Assembly (NCBI GenBank): GCA_027531395.1
Contig: JAPZRO010000001.1
Span: forward strand, 544,377 to 608,376
Reading direction: 5' to 3'
From: Porphyrobacter sp.
Lineage (GTDB): Bacteria > Pseudomonadota > Alphaproteobacteria > Sphingomonadales > Sphingomonadaceae
Length of the DNA: 64,000 nt
Numbering within the stretch: the first letter of the stretch is position 1; the number at the start of each line of letters is the position of its first letter. Of the stretch, positions 1 through 10,718 are shown in pieces. The translations under genes and the position numbers were made by a program. Under the pieces are notes generated by a model, which was given only the letters and a program-made list of their open reading frames with translations, was not told the DNA's origin and did not search any database.

Positions 1-1120
1 GTTCTGCCGCTTCGGCTTCGGCCATGGCCTTCTCTTCGGCTTCGCGGCGGGCCTGCTCCTCGGCCTCGGCCTTGGCTTTGGCAGCCGCTTCGGCTTCGAG
101 ACGCGCCTTTTCGGCGGCGGCAGCCTTGGCGGCAGCGGCGGCTTCGGCCTTGGCTTTCTTTTCCGCTTCGGCCCTGGCCTTGGCCTCGGCGGCGAGACGG
201 GCCTTTTCTTCCGCCTCGGCTTTCTTGCGGGCTTCGGCCTCGGCCTTGGCGCGGGCCTTGGCTTCGGCTTCGGCGCGCGCCTTCTCCTCCGCTTCGCGGC
301 GAGCCTGTTCTTCTGCGGCGGCCTTGGCTGCGGCTTGGGCTTCCGCTTTGGCGCGAGCCTCGGCTTCGGCTTTCGCCCGGGCTTCCGCTTCTGCCCGCGC
401 CTTTTCCTCGGCCTTGGCGCGCGCTTCGGCCTCGCGACGGGCCTTTTCCTCGGCGAGCGCCTTTTCCTTGGCTTCCTTGCGCGCCTTGGCTTCGGCTTCC
501 GCCTTGGCCTTGGCCTCGGCGGCGAGACGCGCACGTTCGGCGGCTTCGGCCTCGCGGCGGGCGCGGGCTTCGGCGGCAGCTTTCTCGCGGGCTTCGCGCT
601 CGGCGGCGGCGCGGGCTTCGGCTTCCGCCTTGGCGCGCTCGCGCTCCTCGCGCATGGCCCGCGCGCGTTCTTCGGCCTCGGCCTTGGCTCTGGCGAGGGC
701 TTCGGCCTTGGCTTTCGCTTCGGCTTCAGCGCGGGCCTTGGCCTCTGCGCGGGCACGCTCGCGGGCTTCGGCGTCCGCTCGTGCCTTCTCCTCGGCTTCG
801 GCCTTGGCGCGGGCAGCGGCTTCAGCGCGAGCGGCCGCTTCGGCCTGCGCGCGCGCCTTGGCCTCGGCGGCGGCCTGCTCGCGCGCGGCGCGTTCGGCAG
901 CGGCCTTCGCTTCGGCGGCGGCCTTGGCGTTCGCCGCAGCCTCGGCCTTGCGGCGCGCTAGCTCTTCCTTGTCGTCCTCGGGATCGATCAGCCGCAGCGC
1001 CGGGCGCCAGACGGCTGCGCCGGTCAGGCCGGCTGCGTCGTCCCCGCCCCCAGCGGCTTCTTCCGCAAGGCGTAGAGCACGACAATCAATCCAGTCAGGA
1101 TAAGCGGTATGGTCAGCCAT
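1..1120 (-). CDS. Ala/Glu/Lys/Arg-rich repetitive (coiled-coil-like) protein, N-terminal ~373 codons; continues past the left edge
   Basis: Not in ORF track (no stop inside window). The minus frame is open from position 1 to an in-frame stop at 1156-1154. The only start candidate is ATG 1120-1118, giving a 97-nt overlap with the lgt 3' end, so the start is uncertain. Translation ...[57 protein letters not shown]... is an uninterrupted A/E/K/R repeat built from common GCC/GAG/AAG/CGC codons. Blocks such as [12 protein letters not shown] and ARLAAEAKA recur roughly 90-110 aa apart. Confidence 0.55.
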   Translation of the reverse strand, partial: MADHTAYPDWIDCRALRLAEEAAGGGDDAAGLTGAAVWRPALRLIDPEDDKEELARRKAEAAANAKAAAEAKAAAERAAREQAAAEAKARAQAEAAARAEAAARAKAEAEEKARADAEARERARAEAKARAEAEAKAKAEALARAKAEAEERARAMREERERAKAEAEARAAAEREAREKAAAEARARREAEAAERARLAAEAKAKAEAEAKARKEAKEKALAEEKARREAEARAKAEEKARAEAEARAKAEAEARAKAEAQAAAKAAAEEQARREAEEKARAEAEAKARAKAEAEARKKAEAEEKARLAAEAKARAEAEKKAKAEAAAAAKAAAAEKARLEAEAAAKAKAEAEEQARREAEEKAMAEAEAAE

Positions 1121-1920
1121 TGCCCCATCGATAGCCCGGTCCGGGCCGCAAAGTCAGCCAGCTGTGCGTCGGGCTGACGGAAAAATTCGTTAACGAAGCG
1201 CGAAATGCCCATGCCGAGCGTGAACACCCCGGCGAGGAGCCCGGGCCGATAGCGCGCGCGGGTTTTCCAGAACAGCAGTATCATCACGATCAGCAGCGCC
1301 AGCCCTTCTAGCCCCGCCTGATAAAGCTGGCTCGGGTGGCGCGGCAGCTCGTCCGCACCGGGGAACACCATCGCCCAGGGCACATCGGTGGCCCGGCCCC
1401 ACAGCTCGCCGTTGACGAAGTTCGCGAGGCGCCCGAGCAGCATCCCCATCGGCACCCCGACGCTGACATAGTCGACCACACGGATGAAGTTGAGCTTGTC
1501 GCGCCAGGCCACGTAAGCCATCGCCACTGTCACCCCGATCAGCCCGCCGTGAAACGCCATGCCGCCGTCCCACAGCCGCAGCAGTTTCCACGAAACGAAG
1601 CCATCACCCGAGAAATCGGTGAAGGCGGACGGAATGCCGGTCTCGCCCCCGGTGTAGAACGCCGCGTAGCCCAGCCGCCCGCCGATGATCACGCCCAGCG
1701 TGCAGTAGAAGAACAGATCGTCGGCATGGCGCTGCGCCATCGGCGCGCCGGGCTCTTTGAGCATCTTCGAGGTGTGCCAATAGGCGAAGATCACCCCGAA
1801 CAGGTAGGCGAGCGAGTAGAACCGCAGCGTGAAGAAGCCGAGCTCGATGCCGGGCCTGAGGCCGAGATCGGCCCAGTGGATCGGATCGGCAGCGCCGCTT
1901 GCGGCAAGTAGTGACAGCAC
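1024..1920 (-). CDS. lgt: prolipoprotein diacylglyceryl transferase
   Basis: Track ORF of 298 aa. GTG start preceded by AAGAGG. Multi-TM protein with Lgt-type blocks ([46 protein letters not shown]). Confidence 0.93.
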   Translation of the reverse strand: MLSLLAASGAADPIHWADLGLRPGIELGFFTLRFYSLAYLFGVIFAYWHTSKMLKEPGAPMAQRHADDLFFYCTLGVIIGGRLGYAAFYTGGETGIPSAFTDFSGDGFVSWKLLRLWDGGMAFHGGLIGVTVAMAYVAWRDKLNFIRVVDYVSVGVPMGMLLGRLANFVNGELWGRATDVPWAMVFPGADELPRHPSQLYQAGLEGLALLIVMILLFWKTRARYRPGLLAGVFTLGMGISRFVNEFFRQPDAQLADFAARTGLSMGQWLTIPLILTGLIVVLYALRKKPLGAGTTQPA

Positions 1921-2111
1921 GGGGCGAACCTCTTATTGACAATGAGATGCCGTATCGGCGGGCCTGATCTGGCCGTGTCGCGTGGGTGCTTCTGGCACAG
2001 CGCGCCGGACAGGGGAAGGGGCGCGGGACTGCCGACGGGGCGAGGGATCGGATGACAGGCAGCGCGAGACGCGCGCCGGTCTTCCAGAACAGAGAGAGGA
2101 AAGGATACCGC

Positions 2112-3827
<1,716 letters not shown>

Positions 3828-3847
3828 CCGGCGCATGAGTCCGCCCC

Positions 3848-6607
3848 ATGTCGCCTAGGCGTGTCCCCGGCCAGCGCGCGATCATCGACCGGCGCGTGCT
3901 GGCCGACGAGGTCGCCGCGCTGCACGCAGCGCACGGGACGGGTGCGCGCACGGCGATCGTCAAGGCGCTGCGGGCGGCGCTCGATGGCGGGCGGGCCGAA
4001 CTGGCGCGGCGGCTGGCCGAGGCGCCTTCGGCCGGGCACGAGGTGACGGGGGGCTATTCCTTCCTCACCGACCAGCTGCTGCGGGTGATCCACGATCACG
4101 TCACCGCCGATCTCTACCCCGTCCCCAACCGGACCCAGGCCGAACGCCTCGCGATCCTCGCGGTGGGGGGCTACGGGCGGGCCGAGATGGCGCCGCATTC
4201 GGACATCGACATCGCCTTCATCACCCCGATGCGGCGCTCGCCGTGGTGCGAGCAGGTGATCGAGGCGATGCTCTACATCCTGTGGGATCTCGGCCTCAAG
4301 GTCGGCCATTCGAGCCGCACCGTGTCCGACACGATGCGGATGGCGAAGGAGGATCTCACGATCCGCACCGCGCTGCTCGAAAGCCGGCTGGTGTGGGGTG
4401 ATCAGGCGCTCTACGACGAGCTGCGCCAGCGCTTCTGGAGCGAGGTCGCCAAGGGCTCAGAGCGCCAGTTCCTGACCCAGAAGCTCGCCGAACGCGACGC
4501 GCGGCACAAGCGCATGGGCGACAGCCGCTATGTCGTCGAGCCCAACATCAAGGACGGCAAGGGCGGCCTGCGCGATCTCCAGACGCTCTACTGGATCGGC
4601 AAATATGTCCACCGCGTCGGCAGCGCCAGCGAGCTGGTCGATGTCGGGCTGCTGACCGCCAATGAATATCGCAGCTTCCGCCGTGCCGAGGGGTTCCTGC
4701 TGGCGGTGCGCAGCCACATGCACATCATCACCGACCGCGCCGAGGACCGGCTGACCTTCGATCTCCAGCGGCGGGTGGCCGAGCGGATGCAGTTCGCCGA
4801 CCGCCCGGGGAAGAGCGCGGTCGAGCGGTTCATGCAGTACTATTTCCTGCAGGCGAAGCGTGTCGGCAGCCTGACCGGCGTGTTCCTCGCTCACCTCGAC
4901 GAGGAATTCGCCCGCAAGCGCACCCGCAGCGGGTTCTTCGCCGGATGGACCCAACGTCCCCGCGTGTTCAAGGGCTACATGGTCGAAGGCGGGCGCCTGC
5001 GCGCACCGGGCGACGACTGGTTCCGCAGCGATCCGGTGCGGCTGATCGAGGTGTTCCGGCTGGCCGAGGCCGAGGGGCTGGAAGTCCACCCTGAAACCAT
5101 GCGCCAGGTCGGCCGCGATGCACGCCTGATCGACATCGGCGTGCGCCGCGACAAGCGCGCGAATGTGCTGTTCCTCGAACTGCTCGCGGGCCGCAAGGAC
5201 CCGGAAAACGCGCTGCGCTGGATGAACGAGGCGGGGGTGTTCGGCCGCTTCGTGCCCGATTTCGGGCGGGTCAACGCGCAGATGCAGTTCGACATGTATC
5301 ACCACTACACGGTCGACGAGCACACCATTCGCGCCATCGGCCTGCTCAGCCAGATCGAGCGCGGGCTGCTGGCCGCCGACCACCCGCGCGCCACCCGCGA
5401 GATTTCCAAGGTCGCCTCGCGCCGGGCGCTCTATGTCGCGGTGTTGCTGCACGATATCGCGAAGGGCCGCGGCGGCGATCATTCCGAGCTTGGCGCGGAA
5501 GTCGCCCACCGGCTGTGCCCGCGCTTCGGGCTCGACGAGAAGGAGACCGATCTGGTCGCCTGGCTGGTGCGCCACCACCTCCTGATGAGCCGCACCGCGC
5601 AGAAGCGCGACCTGACCGATCCCAAGACGATCGAGGATTTCGTTGGCGAGGTGCAGAGCCTCGAACGCCTGCGCAATCTCGCGATCCTGACCGCGGTCGA
5701 TATCCGCGCGGTCGGCCCCGGCACGTGGAACAGCTGGAAGGGCCAGCTGCTGGGCGAACTCTACGATGCCGCTGAGGAGCGGCTGAGGCTCGGCCACAAG
5801 GGCACCGGTCGCAAGCAACGGGTGGCGGCCAAGAAGGATGCGGTCGCGCGGCTTCTGGGCGAGCGCGACCATCTGGTCGATGCGGCAGGCGCCCTGCTCG
5901 GCGATGCCTACTGGATCGCCGAACCCGAGGACATCATCGCCAGCAACCTGCTGCAATATGATGCCGCGCTGGCCGCGGGCGAGCAGTTGTCGATCCGGTG
6001 CGAGCCAGACGAGGTGCGCGGCGCGACCCGCGTCAATGTCATCGCGGCCGACCATCCGGGCCTGTTCTACCGCATGGCGGGCGGCATCCACCTTGCCGGC
6101 GGCAACATCATCGACGCGCGCATCCACACCGCCAAAAGCGGCTATGCGGTCGACAATTTCCTGGTGCAGGACCAGCACGGCCAGCCGATGGGCGAGGAGG
6201 CGCAGATCGCGCGCATCCACAAGGGCATCCGCGACGCGCTGCTGGCCAAGGTCGAACTGGTGCCCAAGCTCGCCGCGCGCCCGCTCGCCCACTCCCGCGC
6301 GAAAGCATTCGACGTCGCCCCGCGGGTCGGGTTCGACAATGACGCCTCGAACAACTTCACCGTGATCGAGGTGACCGCCCGCGACCGTCCGGCACTGCTC
6401 AACCGCTTGGCGCACGCGCTCTACAAGGCCAACCTGATCGTCCATTCGGCGCACATCACCGCCTATGGCGAAGCGGCGGCGGATACCTTCTACGTCACCG
6501 ATCTGACCGGAGCCAAGATAAAGGCGCCCGACAGGCTTGCCGAAATCGAGGCCGCGCTGCTCGCCGCGGCAAGCGATCACCGACAGCAACAGCTAGAAAA
6601 GGCCTAG
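3848..6607 (+). CDS. glnD: [protein-PII] uridylyltransferase / uridylyl-removing enzyme
   Basis: 919 aa. Nucleotidyltransferase block GGYGRAEMAPHSDIDI, HD domain (HHYTVDEHT ... LLHDIAKG) and two C-terminal ACT-like segments. Confidence 0.93.
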   Translation: MSPRRVPGQRAIIDRRVLADEVAALHAAHGTGARTAIVKALRAALDGGRAELARRLAEAPSAGHEVTGGYSFLTDQLLRVIHDHVTADLYPVPNRTQAERLAILAVGGYGRAEMAPHSDIDIAFITPMRRSPWCEQVIEAMLYILWDLGLKVGHSSRTVSDTMRMAKEDLTIRTALLESRLVWGDQALYDELRQRFWSEVAKGSERQFLTQKLAERDARHKRMGDSRYVVEPNIKDGKGGLRDLQTLYWIGKYVHRVGSASELVDVGLLTANEYRSFRRAEGFLLAVRSHMHIITDRAEDRLTFDLQRRVAERMQFADRPGKSAVERFMQYYFLQAKRVGSLTGVFLAHLDEEFARKRTRSGFFAGWTQRPRVFKGYMVEGGRLRAPGDDWFRSDPVRLIEVFRLAEAEGLEVHPETMRQVGRDARLIDIGVRRDKRANVLFLELLAGRKDPENALRWMNEAGVFGRFVPDFGRVNAQMQFDMYHHYTVDEHTIRAIGLLSQIERGLLAADHPRATREISKVASRRALYVAVLLHDIAKGRGGDHSELGAEVAHRLCPRFGLDEKETDLVAWLVRHHLLMSRTAQKRDLTDPKTIEDFVGEVQSLERLRNLAILTAVDIRAVGPGTWNSWKGQLLGELYDAAEERLRLGHKGTGRKQRVAAKKDAVARLLGERDHLVDAAGALLGDAYWIAEPEDIIASNLLQYDAALAAGEQLSIRCEPDEVRGATRVNVIAADHPGLFYRMAGGIHLAGGNIIDARIHTAKSGYAVDNFLVQDQHGQPMGEEAQIARIHKGIRDALLAKVELVPKLAARPLAHSRAKAFDVAPRVGFDNDASNNFTVIEVTARDRPALLNRLAHALYKANLIVHSAHITAYGEAAADTFYVTDLTGAKIKAPDRLAEIEAALLAAASDHRQQQLEKA

Positions 6608-6608
6608 C

Positions 6609-6657
6609 GCACTTTCCGATCATTCCATCAGGATGATCTGGAGTGATCGGAAAGTGC
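6609..6657 (+). terminator. 14-bp perfect stem-loop just after the glnD stop (no U-tract)
   Basis: GCACTTTCCGATCA (6609-6622) pairs with TGATCGGAAAGTGC (6644-6657), with a 21-nt loop. It starts 2 nt after the glnD stop. No T-run follows, so it is a terminator or processing hairpin only by position. Confidence 0.4.
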
Positions 6658-6777
6658 TAAAGCTGCAAGTTGTTGAAGATGTAGCGATTTGAAGGTTCGG
6701 CGCGGCGCCGCGCGATAGGTTGCAATTGCGTGACGCATTGCTATTGGGGCGCCCCTCAACTCAGGGAGAGTTATAAC

Positions 6778-9129
6778 ATGACCACCGCAACCCCCCTGCG
6801 GAGCCCCCTCCGGCTCGGCAAGCTTGCACTCCTTCTCGGCACGGCAGCCTTCACCCCCTTCGCTGCCGCGGCCCAGGACAGCGAAACCCCCGCCAGCGAA
6901 GAGCGCACCAGCACGCTCGATTCCATCAACGAGATCCTCGTTACCGGCACCAAGACCCGCGACGCGGAAAACGTGCAGGACATCCCGCTGGCTGTGACCG
7001 CGTTCAACGCCGGCACGCTCGAAGCCTTCAAGATCCGCGACATTCAGGGCCTCTCGTTCCAGGCCCCGACCGTCAGCCTTGACCAGGTTGGCACCAGCCG
7101 CGGCACCGCCAACTTCACCGTGCGCGGCCTCGGCATCAACTCGTCGATCCCCTCGATCGACCCGACCGTCGGCGTGTTCGTTGACGGCGTGTACCTCGGC
7201 ATCAACGGCGGCGTGGTGTTCGACCTGTTCGACCTCGACAGCGTCGAAATCCTGCGCGGTCCGCAGGGCGTGCTGTTCGGCCGCAACGTGACGGGCGGCG
7301 CGGTGGTGATCAACACCGGCAACCCGACCGAGGACTTCCGCGGCAAGTTCCGTGCGGCGGTCGACGGCCCGGCGCTCGATGGCGGCCGCGGTGGCCCGAA
7401 CTACACCGTCAGCGGCGTGGTCTCCGGCCCGATCATCGAGGACGTGCTGCTGTTCAAGGTCGGCGCGTACTACAACAAGGACGAAGGCTACTTCCGCAAC
7501 CTCGCCTCGCTGACCAATCCGAACATTCCGGAAAATCACGGCCAGGCGGAAACCAAGATCCTGCGCGGCGCGCTCGAAGCGCGTCTCGGCGGCCTGACCC
7601 TGCTCGGCAAGCTCGACTACTTCGAGAGCGACGGCGACGGCCCGAGCGCGCAGAACCGCGCCTTCTTCGATCGCAACAGCTTCGACTTCGCGATCGACGA
7701 GCCGGGCAACTATGCCAACGAGATCTGGACCGGCTCGCTCACCGCGACCGTCGACATCGGCCCCGGCACGCTCACCAACGTGTTCGGCTGGCGCAAGTAT
7801 GACGCCACCACCCGCGGCGACATCGACGCGACCCCGGTGTTCCTGTTCCACTCGAGCACCGAAACCGCGCAGGAGCAGTTCTCGAACGAACTGCGCTACG
7901 CCATGTCGTTCGACAGCCTCGACCTGACCGTCGGCGGCTTCTGGTTCGATCAGGATCTCGCCTACACCGAGAACCGCGAACTGCGGCGCGACCTGCCGGT
8001 CAACCTGCGTCCGCCGGTGTTCTACGGCGGCGGCGCGCAGAACCACGAAGTGATCGGCGTGTTCGCCAACGCCCAGTGGGAATTCGTCGACAACCTCTCG
8101 CTGATCGCCGGTATCCGCTGGAACCAGGAAACCAAGGATGCGGCCGTGACCTTCATCACGCCGCGCGCGCAGTGCTCGTTCATCCAGGGCACCTGCCCGA
8201 CCGGCACTTCGCCCTACCGTCCGGGCATCGAGACCAACGGCTTCACCGATCGCGTGCGGTTCCGCAACGTCTCGCCCAAGGTCGGCCTCCAGTACGAATT
8301 CGCCAACAGCCAGGTCTACGGCCACTGGAGCCGCGGCTTCCGTTCGGGCGGCTACAACTTCCGCATCACCAACATCCCGGTGTTCAACCGTGCCTTCCAG
8401 GCCACCGGCGAACTCGGCTTCGATGAAGAGCAGGTCGACAATTACGAAATCGGCGGCAAGTTCCAGACCGATGACGGCTCGTTCACGCTCAACGCGGCGG
8501 CCTATGTCACCAAGGTCGGCAACATGCAGCGCGAAGTGAACCTCGCCGATCCGGGCGCGGGCGTGGTGCAGAACATCCTCAACACCGCGGATGCGACGAT
8601 CACCGGCTTCGAAGCCGAAGCGCGCATGCGCGTGTCGGACAGCCTCGCCTTCACCGCCAACATCGGGATCATCGACGCGCAGTACGACGAAGTGCTGTTC
8701 GACATCTCGGGTGACGGCGTGATCAACGACACCGATCTGGCGCTGAGCCTGCCGCGCGTTCCCCCGATCACGGTGGGCGCGGGCCTGATCCACGACTGGG
8801 ATCTGGGCAGCAGCAACATCCTCACGCGGATCAACTACCAGTACCGCGACGAGGCAGCCTACACCGACGACAACCTCGGCTGGCTGAACGCGCTGTCGAA
8901 CCTCGAAGCGAACGTCACCTGGAACACCCCGATCGAAGGGCTGTCGCTCTCGGTCTACGGCCGCAACCTGCTCGACGAAGTGCAGGAAGGTGGCGACACG
9001 CAGGTTCCGTTCGGCGGTCCGAACTCGACCGGCGTGCGCCGCACCTTCGCACCGAACCCGACCGCCGGCACCTTCTCGCCGCTGATGCGCGGCCGGAACG
9101 TCGGCATCGAGGCGATGTTCGAGTTCTGA
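6778..9129 (+). CDS. TonB-dependent receptor
   Basis: Signal peptide (LALLLGTAAFTPFAAAAQD), plug region with EILVTGTK, long beta-barrel body and aromatic terminus ...GIEAMFEF. Start trimmed to ATG 6778, behind a GGGAGAG RBS. Confidence 0.9.
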   Translation: MTTATPLRSPLRLGKLALLLGTAAFTPFAAAAQDSETPASEERTSTLDSINEILVTGTKTRDAENVQDIPLAVTAFNAGTLEAFKIRDIQGLSFQAPTVSLDQVGTSRGTANFTVRGLGINSSIPSIDPTVGVFVDGVYLGINGGVVFDLFDLDSVEILRGPQGVLFGRNVTGGAVVINTGNPTEDFRGKFRAAVDGPALDGGRGGPNYTVSGVVSGPIIEDVLLFKVGAYYNKDEGYFRNLASLTNPNIPENHGQAETKILRGALEARLGGLTLLGKLDYFESDGDGPSAQNRAFFDRNSFDFAIDEPGNYANEIWTGSLTATVDIGPGTLTNVFGWRKYDATTRGDIDATPVFLFHSSTETAQEQFSNELRYAMSFDSLDLTVGGFWFDQDLAYTENRELRRDLPVNLRPPVFYGGGAQNHEVIGVFANAQWEFVDNLSLIAGIRWNQETKDAAVTFITPRAQCSFIQGTCPTGTSPYRPGIETNGFTDRVRFRNVSPKVGLQYEFANSQVYGHWSRGFRSGGYNFRITNIPVFNRAFQATGELGFDEEQVDNYEIGGKFQTDDGSFTLNAAAYVTKVGNMQREVNLADPGAGVVQNILNTADATITGFEAEARMRVSDSLAFTANIGIIDAQYDEVLFDISGDGVINDTDLALSLPRVPPITVGAGLIHDWDLGSSNILTRINYQYRDEAAYTDDNLGWLNALSNLEANVTWNTPIEGLSLSVYGRNLLDEVQEGGDTQVPFGGPNSTGVRRTFAPNPTAGTFSPLMRGRNVGIEAMFEF

Positions 9130-9148
9130 TGAGGACTTGAGCCTGAAG

Positions 9149-9184
9149 AAAAGGGGGCGCTCCGGAAACGGGGCGCCCTTTTTC
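9149..9184. terminator. bidirectional intrinsic terminator between convergent TBDR and yggS
   Basis: GGGCGC (9155-9160) pairs with GCGCCC (9173-9178). The stem is flanked by an A-run upstream and TTTTT downstream, so both strands see a stem plus U-tract. Confidence 0.7.
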
Positions 9185-9229
9185 GTTGGGAGTTTTTGTT
9201 CGCCTACCGCTTCGCTGCTTGAGGCGGGG

Positions 9230-9904
9230 CTACCCTCGCGCCCCGTCTCTTTGGCCGAACAGTGCGGTGCCGACCCGCACATGGGTCGCCCCGAGCATCA
9301 CGGCCGTTTCGTAGTCGCCGCTCATACCCATGCTAAGGCCTTCAAGCCCGTGATCCGCCGCCAGCTTCGCCAGAAAGGCGAAGAAGGGCGCGGCTTCGGT
9401 GTCGGCAGGCGGGATGCACATCAGGCCGGCGAGCGGGATCTCCGTCGCGCGCACCGCTGCCAGAAACGCGGGCAGCTCGGCAACCGAACAGCCGCCCTTC
9501 TGCGGCTCGTCGCCGATATTGACCTGCACGAAGCACGGCACCTTGCGCCCCGCCTTGTCCATCGCCTTGGCGAGCGCCGCCAGCAGGCTCGGCCGGTCGA
9601 GCGAGTGGATGCAGTCGAACAGTGCCACGGCTTCTTCCGCCTTGTTCGACTGCAACTGGCCGATCAGGTGCAGCTCGATATCGGGGTGCGCGGCCTTGAG
9701 TGCGGGCCACTTGACCAGCGCTTCCTGCACCCGGTTCTCGCCGAACACGCGCTGGCCCGCGTCGATCAGCGGCTGGATCGCTTCAGGCCCGTGGGTCTTG
9801 CTGACCGCGATCAGCGTGACGTCTCCGGCCTCGCGGCGGGCAGGCTTGCACACGCGGGCGATGTTGGCGTGCACTTCGGCAAGGCGGGTTGCTGCATTGT
9901 CCAT
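9230..9904 (-). CDS. yggS: YggS-family pyridoxal-phosphate homeostasis protein
   Basis: C-terminal 224 aa of track ORF 9230..10432 (MDNAATRLAEVHANIARV...IAVSKTH...HLIGQLQSNK...LSMGMSGDYETAV..G.T.VRVG). The upstream 176 codons of the track ORF are R/P/G-rich antisense of the next gene and were removed. Confidence 0.88.
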   Translation of the reverse strand: MDNAATRLAEVHANIARVCKPARREAGDVTLIAVSKTHGPEAIQPLIDAGQRVFGENRVQEALVKWPALKAAHPDIELHLIGQLQSNKAEEAVALFDCIHSLDRPSLLAALAKAMDKAGRKVPCFVQVNIGDEPQKGGCSVAELPAFLAAVRATEIPLAGLMCIPPADTEAAPFFAFLAKLAADHGLEGLSMGMSGDYETAVMLGATHVRVGTALFGQRDGARG

Positions 9905-9925
9905 GCTGCGCGCTATAGAGACGCG

Positions 9926-10465
9926 GTGACGCAGATAAAGACCCTTCCCGGCCTGTGGCTGATCTCCGACGCGCGCAACGACGCGGGGCTGGAGCGTGCG
10001 CTCGCCCGCCTGCCGCGCGGATCGGGTTTCATCTACCGCCACTATCACCTGCCCGATCCCGAGCGCTTCGCGCGGTTCCGCCAGCTGCGCCGCATCGCGC
10101 GGGCGCGGGGCCATACGATCCTCCTCGCCGATTCTGCCCTGACCGCACGCGAATGGGGGGCGGACGGGATCTACGGGAGCCCGCGCAGCCTCTATCCGCG
10201 CCGTGCCGGTCTGATCCACCTCGCCACCGCACACGACCTTGCCGAACTCGGCCTCGCCGCGCGGCTGGGGGCGGATGCGGCGCTGCTTTCGCCGGTCTTC
10301 CCGACCCGCACGCACCCCGGCGGCGCAGTGCTGGGGCCAGTGCGCTTCCGGCTGCTGGCGCGGCAGTCGCGGCTGCCGGTCATCGCGCTGGGCGGCATGA
10401 ACGCCCACCGCGCCCGGACGCTTGGCTGGCAAAGCTGGGCGGCGATCGACGGGCTGAGCCGGTGA
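9926..10465 (+). CDS. thiamine-phosphate synthase (ThiE)-like protein
   Basis: C-terminal 179 aa of track ORF 9137..10465 (LWLISDARND..., FIYRHY, LSPVFPT.THPG, VIALGGM). GTG 9926 is the first in-frame start upstream of the LWLISD block. It is divergent from yggS with only 21 bp between the starts. Confidence 0.7.
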   Translation: MTQIKTLPGLWLISDARNDAGLERALARLPRGSGFIYRHYHLPDPERFARFRQLRRIARARGHTILLADSALTAREWGADGIYGSPRSLYPRRAGLIHLATAHDLAELGLAARLGADAALLSPVFPTRTHPGGAVLGPVRFRLLARQSRLPVIALGGMNAHRARTLGWQSWAAIDGLSR

Positions 10466-10644
10466 ACGACCGCGACGATGACGAGCTTTACCGGCGCGCC
10501 TGCGAATATGTCGTGCGCGGCGGCAGTCCGCGCCTGTCGCATCTCATGATCCGCTTCAAGGTCGGCTATAATCAGGCCTCGCGCTGGGTCGAGCGGATGA
10601 TGGAGAACGGGATCCTCACCCCGCCCCGCGACAGCTTCCATTAG
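10462..10644 (+). CDS. stand-alone FtsK-gamma-like winged-helix mini-protein (60 aa)
   Basis: GTG 10462 overlaps the ThiE-like stop (GTGA). The product VNDRDDDELYRRACEYVVRGGSPRLSHLMIRFKVGYNQASRWVERMMENGILTPPRDSFH aligns by eye with the C-terminus of the adjacent FtsK (YRQACQIVFENQKASGSWLQRQMGVGYNTAAKWIERMEEDGFV). Good GC3. Confidence 0.55.
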   Translation: MNDRDDDELYRRACEYVVRGGSPRLSHLMIRFKVGYNQASRWVERMMENGILTPPRDSFH

Positions 10645-10718
10645 AACACGCTCCGTCGCACATCGCTTGACCCGGACTCTCCGAGGATTCATGATGTGTT
10701 CCGCACAGGAGACACCCC

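Noticed and set aside
1-1000. Periodic repeats at the left edge considered as a CRISPR or other non-coding tandem array
   Set aside because: The repeats are degenerate, in-frame and of amino-acid-level periodicity. There is no repeat/spacer architecture and there are no cas genes in the window.
24-1103. Track ORF of 359 aa on the plus strand ([25 protein letters not shown]...) and the nested ORFs 335..961 and 781..1134
   Set aside because: This is a mirror image of the minus-strand A/E/K/R repeat gene. It has A/S/F/L/R low-complexity composition and relies on codons that are rare in this GC-rich genome (TTG, AGA, TTT, TCT). The minus frame uses the common codon set.
9230-10432. Full-length track ORFs with long N-terminal extensions (9230..10432, 9137..10465, 45036..46316, 36952..38328, 15961..18654, 20407..21603)
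   Set aside because: In each case homology starts at an internal Met/Val with a plausible RBS. The upstream part overlaps a neighbouring gene or has non-coding-like composition, so the starts were trimmed.
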